NCBI GenBank assembly: GCA_018398765.1
Contig: JAHBMJ010000252.1
Span: forward strand, 1-52,655
Length of the DNA: 52,655 bases
Reading direction: 5' to 3'
Origin: Chromera velia
Lineage: Eukaryota
The notes beneath the pieces are model-generated. The model searched no databases. It worked only from the letters and a program-made list of their open reading frames with translations, and was not told where the DNA came from. Made by a program: the position numbers and the translations under genes. Of this stretch, positions 42,401 through 52,655 are shown piece after piece (the stretch's first letter is position 1; the number at the start of each line of letters is the position of its first letter).

Positions 42401-45400
42401 CTTCTAAGCACATATCGATGTAGAAAAATGCGCACCCTCGATGAACAGCAGGCGGAAATGCGGACACAATTCCGTTTTTGCCTTCAAGAATCTCAACTGC
42501 ACTTTTTTTGGCCTCCCAAAAGGAAGGGGAAGATGGATGATATTATGCTGTTGTGTTCGACTCTTGAGTCTTTCCTCTTCACAGAAGGTCCCTGCTCCTT
42601 TCTGCGTCGATCCGTCCTTCTTACAGGCTCACAAAGCTTCTGGATGAGAAGGACCAGGTGGAGAGAAGAGAGGAGGAGAGGGCACGTATGCACGCGGAAA
42701 AGGTAGCAAAGGACACGGAAAGAAGCAGGGACGTGTGGAAGTCCGCAGAGGCGCGGAGGAGGGAGAGTTGGGAGGCGGAGAGAGAGAAGCAGTCGAAGGT
42801 CTGTCACTCAATCAAACAGATAATCAATGAGACATAGTACCCCACAGAAAACATACTTTCAGAATGAAACAAAAAAAATACTGGACACGAATGAGCGCTC
42901 GTGTCACGAGTCTGTAGTCCTCAATGTTCTTCCCCCTCTATCTGCTTCAATAGGACGACCTATTCGCGGTTGAAAGCTCAAATGGAAGATTGATTCATGT
43001 GCACCGCCGCTCAATGGCAGACAGTGTCAGTGATACGCTGAATGGGTGCTTGTGTCTCTTCTGCAGACGGAGCTGGAGGCAGCAGTCGCAGAGGCGCGGG
43101 CAGACTCAAAAGCTCAACTCGCGCAGTGTCGCAACAAATACAGCACGTTAGTTCCTTTCTCCGTCCCTCCGTCCATCCCTGATCTGAATTTTCAATGACC
43201 TGAATCCCCTTTTTGATTGATCAGGGGTCTGTCTGTTTTCCTTCAAGGCACAGCTGAAGAAGGTGCACAGAGCTTCAAAGGAAGACGAAGCAACTGGAGA
43301 GGCGAAACGAAACAGCCATGGCATGTTTCTATCTGTGTGACTGCATTCTCTACAGAGTGGATGTCCTCAAAGACCCACCTCTTGATGTTATTGTATTGCA
43401 GCATCATGGCCAGGCAGAAGGCCGTCTGGGAAAGTGCAGAAGCGAAGCGAAGAGAAGCATGGGAGAAGGAGAAGGTCGAAGAAATCAAGGTGAGTCAGGC
43501 AGAAACCTTGACGAAAAAACAGAAGTGCCTTCGTTGGACCATAGACCTAGATTTTGAAGGTTTTTTTTTTTTTTAGGTTTCAACTGACTATAATGTATCC
43601 TTGATCCTTCCTGTGGCTTTGGTTCATACATACCCACAGGGGCAGTTCTTGTCCAGGAAAGCTTCTGTTTCAACTTTTCAATTTTCATAGTTGAACAGAG
43701 AAACATCAGTTTTCTTCTTTTCTTTCAAACATTCGATTTCTTTCGAGAGGGCGACATAAGATCTTTCCAAACGACTTGTCTTATGCTTCACCGCTGCTGC
43801 ACAGCGGGTCTCAAAGTCCCTCTAGGTTCGTGGTCTTTGCTTTGCAATTCTGAAAGGGTCACCTGTAATACTCATTTATTGAAACACACTCAATACACAC
43901 TACTTCAATTCTACACTTCTCCTTGTGCTGCTCTTTGTTTGACTACTTTGGCATGAAAGTGTGCGCCTGCCGGACTCGATCCTTTTTCTCTTTCGCTCCC
44001 CCCCCCCCCCCTCTCTCTCTTTTGAAATGCAGGAGGCGACCTTGCAGTCCCTGGAAGGCCGCATGAGGAAGATGATGGCGGTCTCCCGAGAGGAGAGGAG
44101 ACAGGAGAAGCAGGACATGCAGGCAACCCTTCAGAGGGACAAACATGCGGTCAGTCAGGTATTCAATTTGGCCTTGGTTTTTTATGCGCTTCTGTGTATT
44201 CTTAACGAACGGTAGTGCCATGCGTTTGCTTGCCCTCTTTGAGACCTGCGTTGTATGTCTGAAAGAAAGGAAGAGAAAAGGAAAGAAATGACGACATTGT
44301 GTGTCTGTGTCGGGAGCCCAGGGGGAGAGAGTAGCGATGCGCAAGCCTGCATGACGTCTGGCCTCCCTCTAAATTCTTCCTTCCTTTCTGCCTATCTGCA
44401 GGCAATGTCGAAGGCGCGGTCCCAACTGGACGTGTGGAAGGAGGAGACCAACAGACAGTGCCAGGAGGAGATCTCCAAAGTGAAGGACGCACTCCAGTCA
44501 GTTGATTAAAGCAGGAAAAATAAAAGTGTGGTTTTCATAGTCCACATGCGGCCAAAAGGCACAACGCCAAAAGCAGGGTCGTGTCCGTAGCATGCAGGTA
44601 ATTGTGATTTTTTCCTCGAAGAGACGACGAACGGTGCAGGCAAGAATGTTTTTTTTTTCGAGATTCTTGGCAGCAGGTACTTGTGATTTTCCCTCGAAGA
44701 GACAACGGTGCAGGAGGGCAGGCGGTAGCACCACTGCTGGAATTCATCGGTTCAAAGAGAAAAGGCACAAACACAATACTTTGACATCACCCTGTCTCGT
44801 TTCTTTGCAGGCAACGGCTGCAGCAGCAGACGCGGAAGCACGAGGCCCAAGTCGCCGACTTGGAGAGACGGCATAGGGAGGAGAGGGCGCAGTTGTTGCG
44901 GGAGGCAGATAAGAGACGACAGGACGAGTGGAAGGAGGCAGAGACCAGAATCAGGTCAGGCAGCTAGATGAGTGAGGAGATGTAAGCCAGCTCCCACAGA
45001 TCATATTCTATCAAAGTTTTATCGCAGACATGCATTGAATCAACTCCAACCTCTCGCTTGCACCGACATTCACACCAGCACGGGCACACAGCTCCCTTCA
45101 ATCGATCGTGCATTCATTTTCTCCTCCCTCGAGTAAAGCAGGAGGGAGGGAAAGAGAGCAGAGGAGGTAGCTTCGACACGCACAAGAAGTGTGTTTTGAG
45201 AACGCTACGTATTTCTCCTGTAATCTTACAATTCGTTTCTTATCCTTCATTCAACCAAATAAATCTGCAGGAACGCACGAGAGCAGGACTCTCCTGTATT
45301 GTTACAATTCGTTTGTTATGTTATCCTTCATTCAACCAAATAAATCTGCAGGAACGCACGAGAGCAGGCCAGGCAGGCGGGAGCCGCAGAGGTTGCGGAG

Positions 45401-46278
45401 ACAGAAGCGCGCCTGAGGGACACTCAAGTGCGGCACGTGAGGGAGATGGAGAGGATGCAGGAGGACATGAAGGAGGTCGGTAAGTCAGCTGATTTCTGTT
45501 TGGTTTGTCTGCATGAGCAACATCAATTCTGCTGCTTCCATTCTTTCCATTTACTGATTGAGTCAGAAGCCTTCCAGCTGTGGCGTCTCCAAGTCATGCT
45601 GTAATTGGGAGGACGGTCTTTCCGAGGAAGTTCAATTCGGGGAAATATTCCAATTCGTCTTCTCACGTTTTCACGTTCAATCTTTTTTTGTTTTCTTTTC
45701 CGGACTGCAGGCGGAAACTCGGCAGTCGGATGCGTTGCGGCGTCTGCGTGAATCCCTGGAGCACGAGAAGAAGGAGGCGGTAGAGGAAACCATTCGGAGA
45801 GAGCGCAAGGCGAAAGAAAGGTCTGTCTGTTTTCTTTCTGCCGTTCCCTTTTATTGTCTTTTTTCCTTTCATGCTACCGTTCTTCGCTGCCCCCTTTTGT
45901 TAACTTCAAGCACAATAGGCTACTCTGTGACATTTTTCTGTACTAAACGTTCCGTACTTCATATTCATTCTCTATTTGGAGAGAGCATATTCTAATCGTA
46001 CATGATATGAACCAAACCTCTCCGCAGGGAAGTAGAGGAAGTGACACATGCCATGGCAGCAGAACTTCTGGAGCCCACTAGAGCCCTCCAGGCCTCTCAC
46101 GCGTCTGAGGTCGCACAGCTGAGGGCTGAGAGCGAACAGTGGAGAAGGAGAGCCGAGGAGGGGGAGGCCAGGGTGAAGCAGGTACTGGAAGAACGAGACA
46201 GGTCCGTGAGTATGTCTATCTGTGCGGAGCCATCCGTCCATTCATTCATTCATTCATTCAATCAATCAATCAATCAAT

Positions 46279-46368
<90 letters not shown>

Positions 46369-48162
46369 TCCTGACGAAGGTTCGATTTGTTATACCTCAC
46401 ATGTCTTATCACAAAGCTTCTGTCTACTCGAAGCGGTATGGGAGGTTTCCAGACGATCTGACAGTCTTCCAATAGGCATTCATTCACTCATTACCGGAAT
46501 GAATGTCTTCCTTCCTTTGCGCCCTCTGCAGGGAGGTGGAAGAGATTACTCGCTCTCTAGCGTCTGAGTCCCTCAAGCAGACCCGAACTGTGCAGTCGAG
46601 GGCAGAGGAGGAGACGGCAGCCTGGAGACGGAGGGGGGAGATGGCGGCTGAGAGCGCGAGGGAGGCAGAGAGACGGGCTGACGTTTTGGCCCTCCAGCTG
46701 CAGGAAGCAAGGGAGACTGCACAGGTCAGGGAACTAACCGAGCTAAATTGTGTGTGCAAAGGAGACTGTACAGGTCAGGGAACTAACCGAGCTAAATTAT
46801 GTGTGCAAGGGAGACTGCACAGGTCAGGCAACTAAGCGAGCTAAATTGAGATTCTGTTGATGAAGTGTGTAAAGGGGTTGACTGTAAAAAAATATCCCAA
46901 ATGATTGCCAGCCTGCATACGCCGGTGGCAAGCAACAGTCAAAATCGGGAACCAGCCAAGTCGGAGTGTGTGTCTGGTCAGAATGTCTTCTGTCCAATCA
47001 CTTTTCGCTCTTTCTTGATTCCCATGCAGTCCTATTCTAAAGGCATAGTAAAAGAAAGTGCACATTTTGCCGCCTTTAAAGCTGCATTCGATTGTTTCCC
47101 TTCAGATCATTCGATTTTCGTCTCTTGATTGCATGCCTGCACGAATATTCGCCTGCAGACACTGGAGCGACGTCTGGCGGCTTCAGAGGAAGCCTTGAGA
47201 AGAGCGTTGGCGGAGGAGCGAGAGGAGTCGAATGCGGCACTCCGTACAGTGGAGATGGCGGTGGAAAGGGAGAAGGCCACTTCTGTAGGTCGTATGGATT
47301 TCTTCCTCAACCATCATTCAACTTGGAAGCATGTCATCTCATAAAACTGCTCCTCTCTGCGCGCTAGCTTTCGGTGCTTTGAATTTCTTGAGAACAGCGT
47401 GAGGAGCTCCCTTGCACCGTACCCAATTGGAATTTTGGTCATCTGGTCAGAGATTTGATGGCTCAATTCTTTCTCTGCAGTACGCTGACACTGCATTTCT
47501 TCCTTTTCTTAACGAAAAGAAAGGGACAGTGCTGCCTTCTGGGGTCTTCAATTGCGTAAAAAGGGCTGTCTTTTCAATCAACAGGATCATGAGAAAGCTG
47601 AAAGTTCTGCATGTGAGTCTTTCTGTGCAAGTTGCCGACTGCAGGCTTCCCTTGCGGCTGAGGTCTCGAAGCTCCAGTCAGAGACTGCAGAAGCGAAGCG
47701 GCACGCCAGTCAGGCACAAGGAGAGCTCCAGAGTGTGCAGGCGCAGCTGGTGGAGGCGGAAGAAAAGGTCGGCTTGGAGGAGGGCTGAGGACGATGTCTC
47801 GATCCCTAGTAAGGATTCAGTTCATCTATTTAGACAGCCAAAAGTCCGACATGATGATGCATGATCAGCAAGGATGCAGACGACGGCGCGCTCAATCAGG
47901 GGAAAAAAATATTCTGGAGGATACGTACGTTTTTAGTCCATTTTGAGACACTTCCCTTCTCATAATTCTCCGTCCTGTAAAGAAAAAAAGAATTCGGTGT
48001 TTTTGAATGGTCATATTTTTAGAAATGCCATGCAACAATCACTGAATACGAAAAGGAAACAAATGCGAATAAAGAATGCGACCCACTTTTGTTTTTGTGC
48101 AGGCTGTTCAGTTGGAGGAACTTCTATGGCGACAGCGGGAAGAGCTGTTAGGCGTTTTATGA
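39490..48162 (+). CDS. CEP131/AZI1-like centriolar-satellite coiled-coil protein, multi-exon
   Basis: Long Ser/Glu-rich N-terminal exons are followed by many coiled-coil exons. The spliced segment KAVWESAEAKRREAWEKEKVEEIK-EATLQSLEGRMRKMM recalls the conserved CEP131 segment (EK.RREKW..EKTK.IKE.T.KGLEPEI). The last exon AVQLEELLWRQREELLGVL* (TGA 48160-48162) recalls the CEP131 C-terminus. Assignment is from memory. Confidence 0.6.
46712..46848. repeat. 49-bp tandem triplication spanning an exon/intron donor
   Basis: GGAGACTGYACAG|GTCAGGGAACTAACCGAGCTAAATT at 46712, 46761 and 46810. Confidence 0.9.
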
Positions 48163-48394
48163 CTCGTTTTGTTTTTCAAGTCTTTCACTACTAGTACTAC
48201 GTTGATTGTTGATTCCAAGAGCGTCTCAGTAACACTACGCAGTCAGCATTCATTTTATCATTCCATGGTTTCTATTGATATATATCAATAGGTGTATAAT
48301 TGTTTAATTAATCAAACAAAAAAAATAAGAAACATTGTATATGTGTGTTAGAAATATTATAAACATATGTTAAAAATTTTATTTAAAAAATATA

Positions 48395-48730
48395 ACTAAC
48401 CGACTGACTGACTAACTGACTGACTCAGTCTGACTGACTATAACTGACTGTCAGTGACTGACCGACTGACTGACTGACTGACTGACTGACTGACTGACGG
48501 ACCTAGTAACTGACTGACTAACTCACTGACTAACTGACTGACTGACTGACTGACTCACTGATGGACTAACTGACTGACTGACTGACTGACTGACTGACTG
48601 ACTGACTGACTGACTGATTGACTGAGTGACTGACTGACTGACTGACTAACTGACTGACTGACTAGCTGATTGACTGACTGCCTGCCTGCCTGACTGCCTG
48701 ACTGACTGAGTGACTGTCAGTGAGTGACCA
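48395..48730. repeat. (GACT)n microsatellite
   Basis: Direct reading. Confidence 0.95.
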
Positions 48731-49678
48731 AGGCTCTGCTAACAGTTGTTCCTAATAGAGTTGTCCATTGTTTTTTCAATCGGTTTTGCCTTGATAACGC
48801 CCTCTAGGATTGATCCTTACCACTACGTCTAGACAGATGTTGATCAGATCTGTAATTATCGTCCCCCCCCCCTCCTCCCAATTAAATGGCTTTAAATCCG
48901 TTCGTAGCGGCAGTGAACTTCTCTCACTTGACCATGTTCACATCTAGCTTCACATAAGCTGTGCTGCTAATTCTATGGTCTTTCATGAAAAACAAATTAA
49001 AGAGATACGAATGCTTATAGGTTGCTCCGACACTGTCAGTCTCCAAATTGATCAAGTCACACTTTGGTATGTCTAGGTACAATTGAATATAATAAAAATC
49101 AACTTAATCAAGTTTATAACACATGACTATAAGTTTTTTTTTTTAAATTTTTCACTAGATTTTTCAAGATCTCTGTAAGGTTTCTAACTACTTTCTAACA
49201 GGATTTCCATAATGTTTCTAACATATACACCGAATTATTTTATTTGGAAATGGTAAATGGAATAGAAAGGGGGCTGTTGTGGTCACTCAGTCACTAGCGA
49301 TGAGACCAGATTGCAGCTTTCCGTGCATGGTCGAGGGCTGGGAATCACTCCTCACACTGACGCATTGCAAAGCACAAACATTGAAGTCCGCCTGTCTCTC
49401 AGTCTGCGTCTTTGATCGATCAGACACGTCAGCGGACCCGGGCGGGACTGCAGTGGGTGCTTTCGCACAATCGATCGCGGCGTGGGACCACAATGCAGAT
49501 CACACACAGCAGCACCGACACACAAAGACTTAATTTCGCTCAGGTCATGCATTCAGCTTTTGCATGTGGTCAAAAACCTAGCACAGAAACACATTGAAGA
49601 GCACTGCTTGAAATATGCTCAAGAAAATTTGAAATCCCTCCCTGGTTTCTTCAATCCTCCCCCATAATACCACGAGCC

Positions 49679-51898
49679 TCATAGCTCACGGCGAAGAAAG
49701 TCCCCACCCTCCCACAAGAGCTCAGGGAAATGCAGAGACGCGAGAGAGAGCAGAACCGCACGCTGGCGTGCAATCGCTGCTGCGTAGTCATTCTCTCTTT
49801 CTCTCTGTCTCAGCTCTTGCAGCTCTTTTCTCAGCCTCTCAATCTCTGCCTGCATTTCTGGATACGGATGCTGCTCTTCTGCATTCTCGAGCTTGCTCTT
49901 TGTACTGAGGAGCTGCTTATGTTCGCTCTGGTATACCTCATGCAACTCTGCAAGTCTGCGTCTCTCCTGCTGCAGCTTTTCAGGTCGTGCTAAGGCAACA
50001 CCCGCACGCAGCTCTTCGGCAGCTGCCCCCACCTCTTTTTTCTGCTCATCAAAATCACGCAAAAGCTTGACAACCCCCTGCCCAGCTCCCACAACTACCC
50101 TCACTACATCCTTTCCCACCCAGCGTCTACCAAACTCATGGAAAAAATCTTCAAGGGCTCTCTCCCTTCTCGGCACATCTCTCTTCTCCCACGAGACAAC
50201 CTCTAACTCCTCACACACCGCAGGAAGCCTGGCGAGGCTCTCCTCTTCCAAGGCCTTTTGCAAGTTGCGGGAAGCACGCGTGACTCTCGATGAGTGAACT
50301 TCCTCCCTGTTCGCACGCCTACTCTGCCACGATTTCACGAGGAGAAGAGCAAACTCAGGCCTCCGGCTGACTGTTTCACCACCCCCGTCCCCTCCCGGAA
50401 GCAGGCGCTCCAGCTCTGTGACAGAGTCCTCGACGCGGTCTGCTAGCGTTAAGACAGGAACAAGGCCTGCATCCCCCCCCCCTCCTGCTGTCTGCTGGCA
50501 GACAGCCTGAGCTGTTGCCTTGCCCTGCTGCAGGGAGCTCTCGAGCAATCTCAACGTCTCTTCTCTCTGTCTGTCTCTATCGTCCGACTCCTGCTGAGAC
50601 ACGGGAGGGTGCTGACTTGCAACGGCACTCCTCACCTTCTGCTGCAGACTTTTCTGACGGTCTCTGAAAGAACTGACCCCCCCCAATGCCTCCCCCAACG
50701 ACAACGCGCTCCTCAATTTCCTAGACGAGAGCGCCTCTAAGACACCCACTACTTTCTTCCACGCACGCTCAGGCAGACCCCTAAGCAAACTATCGGACTC
50801 TGACTCGGATCCCGCCCCACCCCGCTCACCCTCACGGACAGATGCGAGACGAGAACGCAGAGCCACCGCGATCTCATCAAGAGACCTGACGCTGCAACTT
50901 CCCACCCCCTCCCGCTCCTCACGGTACCTGAAAAACGATTCCACGTCGTCTGAAGTCGCATAATGCACATCTGACTGACCTAGACCGTTCCCGGAATCGA
51001 CAACAAACAGGGACTTTCTCACCCCAGACTCTAGATGGGTCACCCCATGCAACACCTTCCTGCAGTGCACGGTCACACTACCAGGAGTTCTCTCGGGGAA
51101 CTCAAGTCCCTTCTCGGTGAAGAAAACCAACCGACCGCCGGCATACTCTGCCTGATCGTTCACGCAGATCTGCACCGTATGGCTTGCGTAGTCGCCATCA
51201 CAGTGGAAATCGATGCAGGCCTTGGTCGGCCCTTCTGTTCGCCTCATCGCAAACTTCGCGTACGTTTTTTCGGGGTGGAGCATCAAGATTTGGTCGACAA
51301 CGTCAGGGCTGCCTTCTGCGCCTGATTCGGCAGGAGCAGGTAACCGGATGACACGGCGAAGGGTTTCTGTGGGGAGTACGAGTTTGAGGTCCTTGGCCCT
51401 CATCGTCCGACCGCCCCAGGAAATCCCCCTGTACCACATGAAGTCGACAAAGTCGGACAGAGCCCTGAGGTGCTCTGGGGTCAGACTACAGCTTTCATGC
51501 CGAGTGAACGAGACTGAAAGATCAGCCTGCTCTCGGGCTGCGGTGGCTCGAAGGGCAGCCAGCGGGGCGGGCTGGTTTTCACGCTCCTGATCGCTTAGCA
51601 TCAGAAAGCGCACTTGGGGACTCGAAAGATCGGAAGAGGTGAAAGTCGAAATCATCCCACGAAGCCGCAAAACCAAATGGAGGGTGGACTCCGTCTGAAT
51701 GTTGTAATCATCCAGGTACATAATGTCCTCAAGCTTTTTCCCAGCAAAGATCAGTCTCTGCTGATCAGGGGGAATTCCCTCCTTGTCCTGAATCAAATTT
51801 TTGACATGTGGGATGGAATCGTCGGGTTCCACTTGCAGGGTGATCGTCTTTCCTGTCAAAGTCTTGACAAAGAGGTCTATTTTGCTAGACTCCGGCAT
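49679..51898 (-). CDS. Ubiquitin-like domain + 2OG-Fe(II) oxygenase + coiled-coil fusion protein
   Basis: ATG 51898. [13 protein letters not shown]...[13 protein letters not shown]...[11 protein letters not shown] is ubiquitin-like and ends RGM rather than RGG. IDFHCD (HxD), [14 protein letters not shown] and GVRKSLFV match the prolyl-hydroxylase-type 2OG-Fe(II) fold. C-terminal coiled coil. A GTGAGC just before the stop could be a donor, so the gene may continue. Confidence 0.85.
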   Translation of the reverse strand: MPESSKIDLFVKTLTGKTITLQVEPDDSIPHVKNLIQDKEGIPPDQQRLIFAGKKLEDIMYLDDYNIQTESTLHLVLRLRGMISTFTSSDLSSPQVRFLMLSDQERENQPAPLAALRATAAREQADLSVSFTRHESCSLTPEHLRALSDFVDFMWYRGISWGGRTMRAKDLKLVLPTETLRRVIRLPAPAESGAEGSPDVVDQILMLHPEKTYAKFAMRRTEGPTKACIDFHCDGDYASHTVQICVNDQAEYAGGRLVFFTEKGLEFPERTPGSVTVHCRKVLHGVTHLESGVRKSLFVVDSGNGLGQSDVHYATSDDVESFFRYREEREGVGSCSVRSLDEIAVALRSRLASVREGERGGAGSESESDSLLRGLPERAWKKVVGVLEALSSRKLRSALSLGEALGGVSSFRDRQKSLQQKVRSAVASQHPPVSQQESDDRDRQREETLRLLESSLQQGKATAQAVCQQTAGGGGDAGLVPVLTLADRVEDSVTELERLLPGGDGGGETVSRRPEFALLLVKSWQSRRANREEVHSSRVTRASRNLQKALEEESLARLPAVCEELEVVSWEKRDVPRRERALEDFFHEFGRRWVGKDVVRVVVGAGQGVVKLLRDFDEQKKEVGAAAEELRAGVALARPEKLQQERRRLAELHEVYQSEHKQLLSTKSKLENAEEQHPYPEMQAEIERLRKELQELRQRERENDYAAAIARQRAVLLSLASLHFPELLWEGGDFLRREL

Positions 51899-52655
51899 GT
51901 CTGAGGAGCTTGTGTACGTATACAAGATTCAAATTGATCGATCGAGAAGCGGAGACTGCAGTCCTCACTGACTGTCGCTACGCACTAACGGACAGGAAGA
52001 ACCAGGGAAATGTCACTGTAGATTACGACACTTTATTGCATCTCGAGATGTGTGCACCGTGTCCCTGATCTATGTGGCTATAGGGATGGCTACACACACA
52101 GCTAGGGCGCCTGTATGGCGATTCAAACGTCCTTGGTTTCATTCAAGATTCTGAGTGCATGAGCAGATGTGAGCAGCCGTCTCCCATGAAGATCCCATGC
52201 ATGAAGTAAAAATTGACACGCGCATACCCTGGACATTAATTTGTGTGCATTTTTATAAAAAATAAATTATAGATGCATTCAACTTTAAAGAAATCTAGTC
52301 CTGAAGAAAATTTACTTTTCAAATCATTTACTGTCATTTAACATTGACATGAAACTTTTCTTTCCTTGCAATTTGTGACACAAAGTCTGATTTCTCTGTT
52401 CTCTCCCTGGGTGCACCGCTCATCTCCAAAGCAAGGGGGGTGTGCGGGGTTTGCACGACAGATTTCACACTGCGTGACAGGGCGATGAGCCGGCCTGGAA
52501 GGTTCAGTCTCAGCGGAAGGAAGCATTCTGTTGCATCTCCGGACTCCCCCGCAGACTCTAAGGGGGCCTTCGCATTTAAAACACAAGGCTTTTACGTGCA
52601 ACCATAAGAGTTTCAGCTCTCCCATCCACACACCTTGCTCATCTATCAAGAGATC

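Noticed and set aside
51650..51898. Ordinary polyubiquitin or ubiquitin-ribosomal fusion gene
   Set aside because: Single divergent unit lacking the GG end and fused to an oxygenase domain.
52338..52649. Cys-rich minus-strand ORF at the window edge
   Set aside because: Short, truncated by the window and with no recognisable motif; may be a terminal exon but cannot be supported.

Overview
Eukaryotic, intron-rich genomic window. The GTCAGT/GTGAGT donors, TGCAG acceptors, microsatellite-filled introns, TGCATGCA motifs and a 37-aa-repeat RAP protein suggest an alveolate, probably a chromerid such as Chromera (inference). Host genes read by eye: a spliced alpha/beta-hydrolase (-), an LtrA-family membrane protein (+), a 7-exon hypothetical gene (+), a CEP131/AZI1-like coiled-coil gene (+) and a long uninterrupted ubiquitin-like / 2OG-Fe(II) oxygenase / coiled-coil ORF (-). 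The centre holds a decayed 13.6-kb Ty1/Copia LTR retrotransposon (22073-35679) with a TSD. Its pol frame has about 700 codons I cannot assign where the integrase core should be, and it carries 2.7 kb of extra 3' sequence. Next to it is a disrupted HPR-RAP gene built from about 15 near-identical 37-aa repeats that vary at a few positions, like a TALE array. Repeated sequences show an extreme transition bias in all cytosine contexts. Family calls come from motif recall, not database searches, and exon boundaries are approximate.
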